From Octopus vulgaris (lineage: Eukaryota): a DNA stretch of 64,000 nucleotides. This document shows positions 12,800-26,061 of the stretch, piece after piece (positions within the stretch are counted from its first letter, which is position 1; the number at the start of each line of letters is the position of its first letter). The stretch lies in assembly GCA_951406725.2 (NCBI GenBank), contig OX597826.1, positions 39,990,001 through 40,054,000 of the forward strand, written 5' to 3'. The notes under the pieces are model-generated. The model saw only the letters and a program-made list of their open reading frames with translations, did no database searches and had not been told where the DNA came from. The position numbers and the translations under genes are program-made.

Positions 12800-14350
12800 G
12801 TAGCTGGGTTAAATCCGAGACGAGCCCTACCCGTCTGATCTATCGCTAGAATCTACCGCTAATACCCTTTCTAGCTCGCACGTCTACAGGCGTCCGTCCA
12901 CTCCCGCTGCCACGCTGGTCCTACTTCCGTCCACTTCCTCACAGACTCCGCCTCTTCCGGTAGGGGCTTCTGACCCATTGATGCCCTTGACCCATTTCTT
13001 TCGGTTCACTTCATCCCCTACTGAGATGTGCATTGCACCTTTGAGAGCTTGTCCCAGACTTCAACTCCTATCTGCACGAAAGCAAGTTCTCCCTTTTCCT
13101 CAGCATGTTGTGATGCTGTCGACGTGAGCCGTCATACATACCTGGATATCGCTCTGTGAGTCCTAATCGGGGAGATATATTGTACCGAAACACCACTTCC
13201 ACCTCTCTCCACCATGGCCTTGTTCGTGCGAGTGTACTTTCCAAGATTCAATTTTCACTCGGCCTTTATGCCACTCTGAAGAAATGGTGCACATTCCATT
13301 TATCGAGAATCTCCTTCAACTTCTCCGAACGAAATGTGCTGTTATCCATCAGTCCATCAGCAATTATTCGACAGGGTACCACTCCAGGAATATCTCGTTC
13401 AGGATACGCGCAACCTCATCCGCAGTATCTGTCTTCATTTCCCTCCATATTGTCATCCGATACGGTCCACAGTCGACTCTCGAGAGTTACGTCCCCTGCC
13501 GGTAGTGTGTCACATCCACCGCGAATTGTCCATAGTTGTGCTCTACTGATATGTTTTCCGGCTCTTGCACGTCCAGAGCATGGTCGATGGATTGACGCCT
13601 ATCATCTTTTGAATGCTCTGCCTAGTAATGTCGGAGTCAACCTTCCTGTCAAGATACAGGGTTCTACCCACGCCCTTATGATGCATAGCATGCAGTCGCC
13701 TTAGTTCCGAGTCACCTAGCCAACTCATTGCAGCTATCTTCCGGCACTGCCAAGCAGGCCATTTTCAACTATGCTCTATGCTCTCCTGCACCACTTTGCC
13801 ACCCCAGCTTGCCACCCCAGCTTGCCCGATCGGCTCGTCTCATGACGTTGCTGCATGCTGTTCAAAACCACCCAGCGATTGAATAGTGACTCAGTAGTCT
13901 ACCACACATCGATAATAGTTCTTGTCTGTTGATGCTGAAACTCAGTTCCGGAATCTCATTTCTTTTCCGAAACACAAACACATCTGTCTCTTTGAAGCTT
14001 GAGCTCCAGTGCAGCTCCAACAATTAGCTCCGGTATTTCGCAGTCAGCCCGAGCTTCGTTAGGTCACCTACTAACTCTGCGGCAGACACTAGATCCTTGT
14101 TTACCAGGATGTCATCTATGTAGAAATTGGTTCCTTTTTTTTATCTTGGATAGATTTGAGGACTGTTACCATTCCGAAATCCATCCTAGTCAAACAGTAT
14201 GTCTGGCACTTATATCTCACCAGTTGATACTTCTGCCTGCTGTTTTGCGTCGTCAAGCTTGCTTATGCAAGCAGTTCGGTCATCACCATTTTTTTAGTTG
14301 CTCGGCAACTGTTGCCGCTGCACCGCGCTTTTTAGTCAATTTCAGGTAAA
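12800..14350 (-). mobile_element. Gypsy-type LTR retrotransposon relic (integrase region)
   Basis: Minus-strand fragments LHAMHHKGVGRT (HHCC start), LAVDVTHY, RVDCGP and EVARILNEIFLE..LLMD form a decayed integrase core; it is frameshifted. Confidence 0.7.
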
Positions 14351-14434
14351 AATCAGAAAACATGGCCAGTTTCCAGACCTCCATTGCACACACGTCCATC
14401 TGTTTTCATGTCCACCTGACCTTTCCTAGCTTGG

Positions 14435-14580
14435 TTGGTGTTTGGAAGAGCATCCAGCGGTAAAAACGAAAGCATGGCGCAGGCTTCTGCCTGGCCACCT
14501 CCTGATCTGAAAAACCGTTCAACCCATACCAGCGTGGAAGGATGATGTTAAACGATAATGATGATGATGATGATGATATA
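14435..14580 (+). mobile_element. SINE/LINE 3' tail ending in (GAT)n
   Basis: GGAAGAGCATCCAGCGGTAAAAAC...AACCCATACCAGCGTGGAAGG..GTTAAACGAT(GAT)n; recognised as a common octopus repeat tail. Confidence 0.6.
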
Positions 14581-14664
14581 TGTATGCATGTATGTGTGTA
14601 TGTGTCTCTCTCACTCCCCCTCTCTCTCTCCCTCTCTCTCTCTGCATATATATATATATATATC

Positions 14665-14860
14665 CTTTTATTCTTTTACTTGTTTCAGTCATTTGACTGT
14701 AGCCATACGGGAGCACCGCATTCAGTCGAAAAATCGATCCCAGGACTTATTCTTGGTAAGCCTAGTACTTATTCTATCGGTCTCTTTTGCCAAACCACTA
14801 AGTTACGGAGACGTAAACACACCTTCACTAGTTGTCCAGCGACAGGGAGGAGAAACACAG

Positions 14861-14870
<10 letters not shown>
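14665..14870 (-). mobile_element. 3' half of octopus tRNA/CORE-type SINE
   Basis: TCTTTTACTTGTTTCAGTCATTTGACTG...AAGCCTAGTACTTATTCTATCGG is shared with the 21.1, 40.8 and 42.7 kb copies. Confidence 0.85.
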
Positions 14871-14917
<47 letters not shown>

Positions 14918-14951
14918 CATACATATGTATATTGTATATATACTATAAGTG

Positions 14952-14994
<43 letters not shown>

Positions 14995-15688
14995 TAGAAA
15001 TTTCTATATAAACACAAGTATATAGTTATGAATAGACATGCTCGCACAGATACATACCCGCGCTCCTCCACACTCGCACAGAAAACACACACCCATATAT
15101 ATGTATATGAAAATTTGAGTTAGAATAATATTTTGTTGTTTTTAACTTATCCACTTCTGAAACAACTGAATGTCAAAACTCCGCAAGCTATATCTCAAAA
15201 AGAAATAAATTTAATGTTATTTTCTTCGCAAAAAATTGTTTACAGACTCTGCAAGTGAATGTGAATTCCTGTTACTCACCTCAACAAGTTTTAAAAAATT
15301 CAAGGATAATTGCGATTATAGCTGTAAAACCTCACACAATATTAGCTGAAGGATATTTAAATATTCTGCATTTAACAAATAACGAATCTGTATATAAAGT
15401 CGACTACTTACTTTTTGCCGCTGAATCAAATTCTTTCCTGCATTCCCTAAGGTGGTATTCCTCTAGTAACAATGTCTATTAATATGTTTAGACCCTACCC
15501 ACCCACAAATAATCGCTTTTGTTTAGTTCCCTAATATTCCTATCGAGCCATTAGCATTCTCTAAGCTATAGAAGCACTTCCTCATTATAAATTCTACATT
15601 CCCCTACGGGTACTCCATTGTGACAATGCAGTATTTAACATATAATTGTTTTTCATATGAATGTACTTTTAAAATTATTTATCAATAA

Positions 15689-16110
<422 letters not shown>

Positions 16111-16418
16111 AAGGAGGCGCATACATACACACACGTACATACATATATGCATGCTTACATACATACATAAGTACGTCCATACATACATACATATTTCATC
16201 GTGTGCTCACTGCTATGTTAGTTTAGAGTTCAAAATACATTGTCATCGTCCAGTCCGTAGAAGGTGTGAAAGGTATGAAACCACATCTTTCAGGAACATC
16301 GAATATTGTAAATGTTTCCCATATCGAAAAGTTATTTTATAGTTCACGGTTTGCAACTCAGATTATTGTATATGCGAATAAAAAATCCAAATTTAGGGAA
16401 TGGAGTTGATGAAATCCA

Positions 16419-16502
16419 GGCTACACATGTTTCCTAGCTAGCAGAACATCGGAAGTAGTAATTACCCAATCGAAGGGTACTCCACTAACTACTCATCAGG
16501 CC
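16419..16502 (-). ncRNA. Type-I minimal hammerhead ribozyme motif
   Basis: Reverse complement reads GGC-CTGATGA-GTAG...CTAG-GAA-AC-ATGT-GT-A|GCC: canonical core, stem I GGC/GCC, palindromic ACATGT stem III and GUA site. The first stem-II pair is mismatched. Confidence 0.7.
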
Positions 16503-16581
16503 AAAGACTTTTGATCAAGTCTCCTGTAAGTTAACATGGGACTTCTTGACAATGCAACCTTCATTTAACTAAGGTATATTT

Positions 16582-16643
16582 GGCCTGATGAGTACCTAGC
16601 GGTCTATCCCTCGTTGAGTACTTGCTATGAAACATATGCAGCC
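16582..16643 (+). ncRNA. Type-I minimal hammerhead ribozyme motif (cleavage triplet mutated to GCA)
   Basis: GGC-CTGATGA-GTA...TAT-GAA-AC-ATAT-GC-A|GCC. Confidence 0.6.
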
Positions 16644-16680
16644 TAGGTTTTATCTACTGCATTTCCTAAACTTGAATACA

Positions 16681-16865
16681 CAGGGTGCGATGGGTAAATT
16701 GTCGCCAAGTTATATTTTTAATTTCATGCAAGTGCATTGTTTCCTTTTTGATTTTGAGACTACACAGTAGTCTGTGAGAAAAACAGCACCATGCCGAAAT
16801 TCAGTCTGCCAGAAATTTGGAAACGATATGCTGTACCGCTTGGCACCGAAACACTCTGAAATGTT
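16681..16865 (+). mobile_element. Tc1/mariner left end and start of transposase (fragment)
   Basis: Begins CAGGGTG, a typical Tc1/mariner TIR start; followed by an ATG at 16791 (MPKFSLPEIWKRYAV). Confidence 0.5.
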
Positions 16866-16929
16866 CATACTGAAGCCCCCCGGTGGACAATATAGAAGTT
16901 TGCAGTTCGTCGAGAGATGAAGGAAGAAT

Positions 16930-17960
16930 CAGAATGACACTTTTCCAGAGATGTGTTACTTTCGGCAGATCTGCAACATCAGAGACCAAGTGTTTTCAAT
17001 GTGATTTTAACAATGACATATAGTGGGTTTACCTGTATTTCTTGATCAGTCAGAATACTGAAACTCCAAAGGATGGTAAGCTCGGCGTCCTGCGCAGCTT
17101 GCGGTGGCTTGTATTCCCACCAATTGTTTTTCTGATAATGGTTGTATATGCGGTATATTGACCAGTGTATGTACTGAACTGCCCTGTCATGCTTTTACAA
17201 GTATTCTGTTCGTGCCTGTCTGCTACACTTAGAGATTATGTGGTCGATTATCTTTGGATTATCTCTGCAGTATGATAAACTGCTTTCATATTTCAGGACA
17301 TTATTCTGGTAATTCCTAGTTGGTCCTAAGCAGCAACCATATAACCACCAGTTTCTGGTTTGAGACAGCCAGGGTTTTTGATTCTTCCCAGGTATTTGCC
17401 ACGCTGTGTCCTTTGTTACCGTTCCTCATTAATATATTGTCTATTGGTTTACTTGGCTATGTCTTCCTTATTTTGTTGATTTTATTTTGCCTTGTCTCAT
17501 GGGATACGTTTTCTTCGGGTACTGCTTCATCTAGTTGCATTTCCCGGAGATATATTTTCATGTTTTTCGTTACTGAGTAAAAGTTTTGGTATCTTCATGT
17601 TTCAGTACCAGCTTCAACATCCAGTCGTTTGCTTGTTGCCGGTAGACAGAAAGTCCTCTGGGTGCAATTTGCAGCAGAAGTTGAGATTGTATTAACCTCC
17701 GACTACCTCCTTTTCACGGGAGGTATATTCGGTTTGTGTCTGCTTTTGAGTGTGCATACAATGCGTTGTCGTCAGCTTTTGTACCATGACATCAGGTTTG
17801 TTGATTTCAGAGAGGGACAAGTAGTTTATTACGTTGAAGCTGTATGTGACTACAACCATAGCCAATGTATTTATGGTCTCCACTTTGTTTTTCATTTAGC
17901 TTGGTCTTCAGAATAATTCTTGCCTATTCGGTAGCATTCCTTTCTCATCTTTTCTCTCAT
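16930..17960 (-). mobile_element. Decayed RLE-type (R4/Dong-like) non-LTR fragment
   Basis: KNKVETINTLAMVVVTYSFNVIN, HDRAVQYIHW and TILWSFSILTD parallel KNKIIGINTLAVPVISYSYNILN, HDRVGTYIHW and TILWDMPIHTD in the 36738 ORF. Confidence 0.85.
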
Positions 17961-17964
17961 GAAT

Positions 17965-20150
17965 AACTTCAATAATTATAGTAATACACAAGGTAGATCC
18001 GCGAGGGGTAAATGTACGCGGAATAAGTAACATCAATAAACACACCACCTATAAAGAAACTACCGGCAAATCGGAAGATAAGATCTGGTGTATAATCTCT
18101 TTTGCAATGCAAATAAGGACGAACTTAGTGAAGCAATTATAAATGTCGGAAATAGACAATTTGGTAAGAATAACAGTTATTCCAGTATTATAAATAGCAG
18201 GAAAATTAGGATAGGTTACAGTCTTACACATAATTTAGGGAGCATAATATCCTCTCTGAATAATAATAAATTAGATATTTCCTACTCAAATAGAAACATG
18301 TACAGTAGGGTCGGCGGCATTAGTAGTAATAATAACAATAACCATTATCCCAGCCTTTGTACAGAACACTCTCAGAACCAAAATAACCACTTTAACCTCA
18401 ATAGACTTGATCCTAATCCTACTAGGAGGTCACCCCCACACACACCGCAGAATAACCTTTGTGACTGTAGAAACAGGAAAAACTGTGCATTCCGTAACAT
18501 TTGTAGAATTAAGGACGCTATCTATCAATACACTCTCATCTCTAAGTCTAGCAAACGGGGTTATATCGGTGCAACCCAAAATGAAATAAAACGTAGACTG
18601 GCCGCGCACCAGCATTCTTTTAGAAACAGAAACTTAATCAATTTGACTGATTTAAATAGGTATATTTGGAACCTCAAAGATAGTAACACTAGTTTCACAT
18701 TAAATTGGGAGATCCTCGCTGCTGCACCTTCTTATAATCGAAAAATAGAAAATGTCACCTTTGCATAAATGATATTTAAAAAATTTTTATTACACGTATT
18801 CCGTTGTAGAACCTGAGAGTTGAGCTTGGTATTGCTTGCCTGCATAAAGGTAGGTCTAATTTCGATAGACATAAATAACACTAGAAATACTCATACCACT
18901 CCATAATTAGCACTTATAATCCCACAGCTTATAATTAGTACTCCCTGTTAGTTTAATGTACGTTATACATCTGACCCTTTATTTTTCGTCTTGCTTAGAA
19001 GTATAGTCTCATGTAGGCAGTCTAATAAACGCCCTCTACCCCTTTTCCTAAGTCTTATATGTTACCCCGCGCCCTGATATATTTCCTACTTCTTATAATT
19101 ATTAACTTTAGATATTACCCCATATTAGTACATATAATTCCACAGCATACAAATAGGAGCCCCTATTAGTTTAATGGAGGTTTTACATCTTACTCCATTT
19201 ATATGCCACCTTGTTATGAATACCGAGACTGTCTTAGTTAGTCAAATATCTAACCCCTCCCCTTTTCTCTTTCCTAAGTTTCTATCTCTTAACTGTCTCA
19301 TATACCAATTAACATTTCCCCAACTTTACTAACACATAACCCCTTGTATTTTGCCTTTTATTTCTAACCACTAAACTGTTGGTCCCATTATATTTCCCTC
19401 TCGCATGTTATACCGTTAAGATGCTGAAAGACAGAAGCAGCCCTTAAATTCTCCTCATTATTTTATCTCCCTCACTTTTTTCCATCCTTTCTTTTTTTTA
19501 TTTATTTATAAACAAATCTTTTGTAACGGTTTTAACAGGTGATCTGTTTTAAACTGTTACGGACCAATGTAGAGACCGTTGCACTTAGAATTACCCAATT
19601 TTGGACCAAGGGGGGATTCTTGGTATTAATTTCCTGTGAGTAAATTTTTCTTTAGTAACCTACGTTAATTTGTTTACCTTTACTTAAGTTTTCTCCGTTA
19701 ACACTGGTTTGACCTTTGATATTTATATTAGTATTTTCTTTACATTGAGCTTTTGATAACTTCTTTTTTTAATACCCTGACCGCCCTCCAGTTAATAATT
19801 TGTAGTTTTCCCTAGTCCTTTAATAGCTTACTCTCACATCTACGCTCTTTGAGCCCTGGTGGTAAATATGTGCACTTAATATATTGGGCTTCTAGACTTT
19901 TTGCTTCTAAGCCATGTTTTCTTTCCTTTTTCTTCTTCATTTGTTTATATTGTATGCTCGTTTTTCACTCTAATGAAGATATGTTGCCTTTATCCGAATG
20001 CTCTATGAAGATGAAGAATTTTATTCTTGCATTTATGTATAGACTGCATTCTGGTATTTTGATCAGAAACAGCTGTTAGATTGGCTATGTCTTGCATTGT
20101 ATCAATAAATATGCTTTAAAATATAGCCCTATCGATGCGCTGGTTAATTT
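17965..20150 (+). mobile_element. Penelope-like element 3' part: GIY-YIG endonuclease, long 3' region and degenerate hammerhead-bearing terminus
   Basis: ORF 18088-18768 has CDCRNRKNC..C..KDAIY...GYIGATQNEIKRRLAAHQHSF...LNRYIWNLK...WEIL..A.SY. The terminus has CTAATGAAG (19970) ... GAAACAGCTGTTAGA (20066-20080) and AATAAA. Confidence 0.85.
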
Positions 20151-20629
20151 ATGTTTTTCTCCATTTTCTAATTATTTGTATTATAATTATTTGTATATAT
20201 AATGTAAAAGAATGCAGTACTAAAAAAATAATAAATAAGTAGCCAAGAAGGGAATATTGCTTCCCACCAAAGTCCATCGGCGGAAAAATAACTAACACTA
20301 CTACAGTTGCTGCAGCTACAACGACGAGCATCATCATCAGTAGCACTAACAGTTGTAGCATCAATAACAACACTATCAACATTGTACTCACCGCTGTCGA
20401 CACCAGTATAATCAATCGTCTTGCTGGTTAAACCACAACAATATTATAAATGCTGTGGTGGTATAATATTCCTTATGTCGGAGACAGTCACAGAAATAAA
20501 ACCAACCTTCCATACGTCACACTACTATGGCACACGAAGGGCTGGCGGGTTTTCATACAGCAAGTAAAAAGTAAAAGTGGTAATATGGAACTATGGATGT
20601 CTGTATTTCTTTGAAAAGGGAACAAGACA

Positions 20630-20679
20630 AAACAACAACAACAACAACAACAATAATAATAATAAAGATAATAATAATA

Positions 20680-20744
<65 letters not shown>

Positions 20745-20775
20745 TAATAATAAGAAGAAGAAGACGAAGAAGAAA
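20630..20775. repeat. (AAC)n(AAT)n(AAG)n compound microsatellite
   Basis: Directly visible. Confidence 0.95.
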
Positions 20776-21143
20776 TAGCAAGAGAAGAAACATTTTAGTT
20801 TAGGAATATATATATACGAATATTATCAGGTAACTGTAGTATATATGTGTTTGAAATAAATATGTCTTTTAGCGGTGGCATAAACATATTTTTAATGCTT
20901 TCAAGAGGTCTTTTCTTTAGACTACATTTCCACCCCCCACACGCACATACACACAGATGTTACAGATGCTGATAATCCCTGAGGTGATCATCTAAGACGA
21001 GATGCATTTGAGGATTAAGGATATGACAACACTTGTTGAGTTTGGGAAGAGTGTAGGTTAGGGTTAAGGTAGCAGCAACCACCACATAAAATGAGCCGAA
21101 AATGTTTTCTGCTTCTATGCGTGAAAGTTTCTTCGATTTATCT

Positions 21144-21359
21144 CTCTTTACTCTTTTACTCTTTTACTTGTTTCAGTCATTTGACTGCGGCCATGCTGGA
21201 GCACCGCCTTTAGTCGAGCAAATCGACCCCGGGACTTATTCTTTGTAAGCCCAGTACTTATTCTATCGGTCTCTTTTGCCGAACCGCTAAGTGACGGGGA
21301 CATAAACACACCAGCATCAGTTGTCAAGTAATGCTAGGGGGACAAACACAGACACACAA

Positions 21360-21394
<35 letters not shown>

Positions 21395-21564
21395 CATATA
21401 TACGACGGGCTTCTTTCAGATTCCGTCTACCAAATCCACTCACAAGGCATTGGTCGGCCCGGGGCTATAGCAGAAGACACTTGCCCAAGATGCCACGCAG
21501 TGGGACTGAACCCGGAACTATGTGGTTGGTTAGCAAGCTACTTACCACACAGCCACTCCTGCGC
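21144..21564 (-). mobile_element. Full-length octopus tRNA-derived SINE (CORE-like centre, internal microsatellite)
   Basis: Reverse complement begins GCGCAGGAGTGGCTGTGTGGTAAG (A box) ... GGGTTCAGTCCC (B box), then CTTGGGCAAGTG (CORE-like) and a (GAGTAAAA)n tail. Possible TTATCT target duplication. Confidence 0.9.
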
Positions 21565-21859
21565 TTATCTAAGTATTATAATTTCGTAGACTGAATATTT
21601 ATAACCACCCTGTATTTGTATTTAGTTATCAATTCCTGCTGTTAGCCATGTAACATTATACAAATTTGCTTTACGCAAATTAACTAGTTGGTTTACATTA
21701 TTCATTAGAAGATATGTCTTGCCTAAGTACGGTGTACACAAACAAAGTAAAATTATTCTTGATAAACCTTGAATTAAGACAAGGCTATTCTCATTAATCC
21801 TCACTTCTAGCAGGCAAAGATTATGTGGCTTATCTACAATATATATTTACACAACGATA

Positions 21860-21968
21860 GTAAATATGTTTATTTAAATGTATCATAGAATAGACACACA
21901 AGCACAGCCATATGTAAATATGTTTATTTAAATGTATCATATGAATAGACACACAAGCACAGCCATAT
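21860..21968. repeat. Tandem duplication of a 54/55-bp unit
   Basis: GTAAATATGTTTATTTAAATGTATCATA(T)GAATAGACACACAAGCACAGCCATAT occurs twice in tandem. Confidence 0.9.
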
Positions 21969-21974
21969 GTATAC

Positions 21975-22014
<40 letters not shown>

Positions 22015-22482
22015 ATGCATTCGTCTATGTGTGTATGTATATGTCCTTATACTACCAACTAACTTATGAAATGATGCATTTCATAGGAATTCGACAGTCT
22101 TTCAAGAAGAAACAACCAAGATATCTGTCGTTACAATCTTGAATTCACGTTAAAATCCAATCCATCATAAGGTTATTGCACGTCATTGATAATCACAATG
22201 AATTCACGCAATAAATTTTCTACTCCTTCACAGATTAACGTGTTTTTTACGGACGATATCTTTTAGCACATAGTATTTCTAAGCATCTACTGTTAACTAC
22301 ACAGGATGTATTTTTATTATGAAAAGGCGATACAAAATATAAAAGCTGCATATAAGGAGTGTATTGTGAACTTGAATTGTTGATTACCGTATATTATACA
22401 TAGTTGCTACTATATAACAGGTGTGTGTGTGTGTAGATGCCTGCGTGTATGTGAAAGAGTGTGCGCGCGTATACACATTCGA

Positions 22483-22524
<42 letters not shown>

Positions 22525-22586
22525 GCATACATACATTCATAAATACATACATACACACACACACAACACACACACATATATATATG

Positions 22587-22617
<31 letters not shown>

Positions 22618-22992
22618 ATGTATGTATGTATATATGTATTATATATATGCATATATACACACACACATATACATTCAATTGTCACTCGTTGTAACTGACG
22701 GTGCAGAGAAGCATGTACATTGCTAGAAATAAGCAATAGAACCCATTAGAGGCGCAAAGTGGCACATGGCTATGCATTGACGAGAGCATAACCTCCTCAC
22801 AGCGAGCGAAATCACCATACTAGTCTAGTTCCGCTTAAAATCAAGCTCTTACAATAAATCTTATATTTGACACCTTTTTTCTTTTAATTTGGTTGTTTTC
22901 CTTTTATCCCAGTGTCTGAAGATTAAGGTGTGATTGTTGAACATGGCTTTAAAATGTCCCTCTGTGAAACTCACATATTTCTTTGAGGAAAC

Positions 22993-23035
22993 TATGTCCT
23001 TAGTTGTTGTAGAATCTACAACAACTAAGGACATA
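22993..23035. repeat. Perfect 21-bp inverted repeat with 1-nt spacer
   Basis: TATGTCCTTAGTTGTTGTAGA-A-TCTACAACAACTAAGGACATA. Confidence 0.95.
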
Positions 23036-23114
23036 TAAATACGTAGGTCTCACCATACCTATTGGAGTAATTTACCTTTCTTTAATGTTTTTTTCTTCAT
23101 AGCGTTTTGTCTTA

Positions 23115-23172
23115 ATAACTGATGAGATGGCGGAGCAGATTTCATCCCAGGTATCCGAAACTTTGAGTTTTC
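23115..23172 (+). ncRNA. Degenerate hammerhead-like motif in a probable PLE terminal repeat
   Basis: CTGATGA-GAT...ATCC-GAAAC-TTTGA-GT; stem I is weak. Confidence 0.4.
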
Positions 23173-23302
23173 TGATGACAACCAAATAATTTTCACATAT
23201 TATATTCATAGATAAATTCCTATATTTTACATATTGAATTCTCATTCATTCTTTTTTTGTAATATTATATATATATACACACATACATACATAATATATA
23301 TG

Positions 23303-23378
<76 letters not shown>

Positions 23379-23385
23379 ATAAGGT

Positions 23386-25698
23386 AGTAAGACTGTTGGA
23401 TGATAATATATATTTTTATTCACATTTTCAGCGCTTTCTTTTGTTAGCGGATTTATCAAATAAGTGGTTTATAATAAGTTTCCTTTGCATTTTTTATGAA
23501 GTTGAAAGTTATGAGGTTTTAGAAAGAGAGACAGACAGACAGACAGACACACAGAGTCAGAAAGGGGGAGAGAGAGAGGGAGAGAGAGGCAGACAGACAG
23601 ACAGACATAAATAGAAAGGGAGAGAGAGGGAGAAGGAGGGGAAAGAGAGGAACAAATTAGAAAGAAAGATCCAGGAGTGAGAGGGGAAGAGAGAATGGGA
23701 GATAGTGAAGATAGAGAAAAGAAAGTAGGAGTGTTTTGGTAGTTTTCAAAGGAAGAGAAAAGAATGAAGGAAAAGTTTGATAGGTGGGGGGTGGGGCGTT
23801 TGTATCAGTGTGGTCAAACCTGCTTGATTCAGTGCTTTTGTTTTATTTTTTAGTTACTTTTTGGGTGGGAAGGAATAGAATTTTTTTTATTCAAGTGGTT
23901 AATGTTTTTTTTATTGGAAGGCCAGATGTTTTTTATATTTTCTCCAGTAAGAGTTACAATTACATTTCAAGGTCTTGCATTTTTATATTTATTTGTATTC
24001 ATTAATGTAAGGGAGAGAGAATGGTTGTATGGATGTAGTAATTTTTCTTTTATTAAAATTTCCGATGCTGTTTCTTATTTAGCTTTGTATGATTATGTTT
24101 TTGAAAGAGTGATTTTAAAATTTAGAATAGGCATGAAGCTAAGTAAATCTGAAAACCGTCCATGTGTGGGGAAGTGTTTCTTAATTATAAGTATGATGTG
24201 AATCTTTTTAAAAACATCATAAATGTTACCTACGTTCCTTGAATTTTCCCTCTACATATATTTCTGAAGCAGCTGTTTAATTTCGGTGAGAACTTCTTTT
24301 TGAAATATAGTTCCATTGACTTCCTAAAGTTTGGAGCTTTCCTTGAGCAGATATAGAAGGGAAATATCTTGAATTTTCCTTCTATTTCCAAATGTTTGCT
24401 CGGTGGAATTTTCCGTAGCTTCTCTTGTTGGATTTGCTGTCTGTGGATTATTGCGCGTTAGCAAAAGGATTTGTTAGTTTTGCCAATATAATGTTTCCTT
24501 GCGTATGGGCAAGTGATGCAGTTGAAGAGATTTTGTGATTTGCAGTTCATATTTGCATTTATCGTTGAATGAGAATCCACTCTCAAATTTGATGTGGGTG
24601 TTCCGATATATATATATTTGAAGTTATTGTTGTTGCTGCATATTCCACTTCTGCTATCTCCACATTTCTTTACGGAGGATTCTGTTGCATTCTCTGATAT
24701 GAATTTTGCCTTTGTGAATTGTTTTGTAAGATTTTTTCGTGATGTTTACTATTTCGTAGGTAGCTTTTATCTACCAGGTTTCTCATTTGGGGGCTCTGTA
24801 AGAGTGTTGGTAGGTTTGATTGTATAACATGGAAAATATTGGTTATTCTAGGGTTAAATGTATTAATAAATAGAGTAGTATGTTCCTTGTTTTTGTTTTC
24901 GTTTGGAGTCCTTAGTTGTGTGATATATAATTTCATTGCTTTCGAGGTTCCATTATTATTAGTTTCACTGGGTAATTTTGTTCTTGTAGGACGTTTTTGA
25001 ATTCATCATGTCTAATTTGGCGTATTTGTGGGTCAATTACTATGATACAGATGCATCTTGCCATACTGAAGTTCCTTTTGATGTGTGAGGGGTGCCAAGA
25101 CATAAAAATTCAAATATTGGAGTGTGTCCGTTTACTTGTAAAATATGTCTGCTTTAACAGTGGAGTTGTGTATTTTGATGTGAATATTTAGGAATGGTAG
25201 TTCATTGTAGCTTGCTTCTGCTGTGAATTTGATAGCTGGGTGCTGTGTGTTCAGAATGTAGGGAAATGTTCGTAGTTCTTCTTTTGATCCATCTCAAAAA
25301 ATGAAGCAGTCATCGAGGTAGCGCTTCTACTATAAAACAGCAAGACCTTGAAATGTAATCATAATTCTTACTGAAGAAAACCAAAACAACATCTGACCTT
25401 CCAATTAAAAACCTTGACCACTTGAATACAAAAAATTTCTTTCCTCCCCACCCAAAACGCCACTAAAAAATATAAAAAACACCATATTGAACAAGCAAGT
25501 TTAACAACAATGATGCAAAAGCTACATCTTCCCCTTCATCTTAAACTTGTTTTTTCTTTTCCCTTCCTCTGCAAACCACCAAAACACTCCTACTTTCTTT
25601 CCTCTATCTTCACTATCTTCCATTCTCTCAGCCTGCCTCACACCTGGACCTTCCTTTCTAATTTGCTTTTTCTTCCCTCCCTTCCCACTCTACCTCTC

Positions 25699-25730
<32 letters not shown>

Positions 25731-25874
25731 CTTTTATCTAAAACAACCTCACTTTTAACTTTATATAAAAAGGCCAAGCAAATATATTATAAAACACTTT
25801 TTTATAAATCCGATAACGGAAGAAAGCACTAAAAACGCAAATAAAAACATACATATTCATCCAACATTCTTACT
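23386..25874 (-). mobile_element. 5'-truncated Penelope-like element (RT C-terminus plus GIY-YIG) bounded by inverted pseudo-LTRs (23386-23987 / 25331-25874)
   Basis: On -: KRYLDDCFIF, HPAIKFTAEASYNELPFLNI, NMNCKSQNL..CITC...YIGKT and FSPKLN. The arms are reverse complements (TTACATTTCAAGGTCTTGC / GCAAGACCTTGAAATGTAA; AGAAAGTAGGAGTGTTTTGGT / ACCAAAACACTCCTACTTTCT). Confidence 0.9.
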
Positions 25875-25918
25875 GAGTTATTATTCTCAATATACAATAT
25901 CTGTACATCAGTTCAAAA

Positions 25919-26016
<98 letters not shown>

Positions 26017-26061
26017 GTGTGTATGTGTGTGTTTGGAGCGTTCTGGAATTTCCTTGATAGT

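Larger units (their letters stand above)
16385..16677. repeat. Diverged inverted repeat (arms ~16385-16506 / 16578-16677), each arm carrying a hammerhead motif
   Basis: TACTCATCAGGCCAAA / TTTGGCCTGATGAGTA and GGCTACACATGTTTC / GAAACATATGCAGCC are reverse-complement pairs. Confidence 0.85.

Noticed and set aside
13156-13704. 182-aa plus-strand ORF
   Set aside because: It is the antisense shadow of the minus-strand Gypsy integrase relic.
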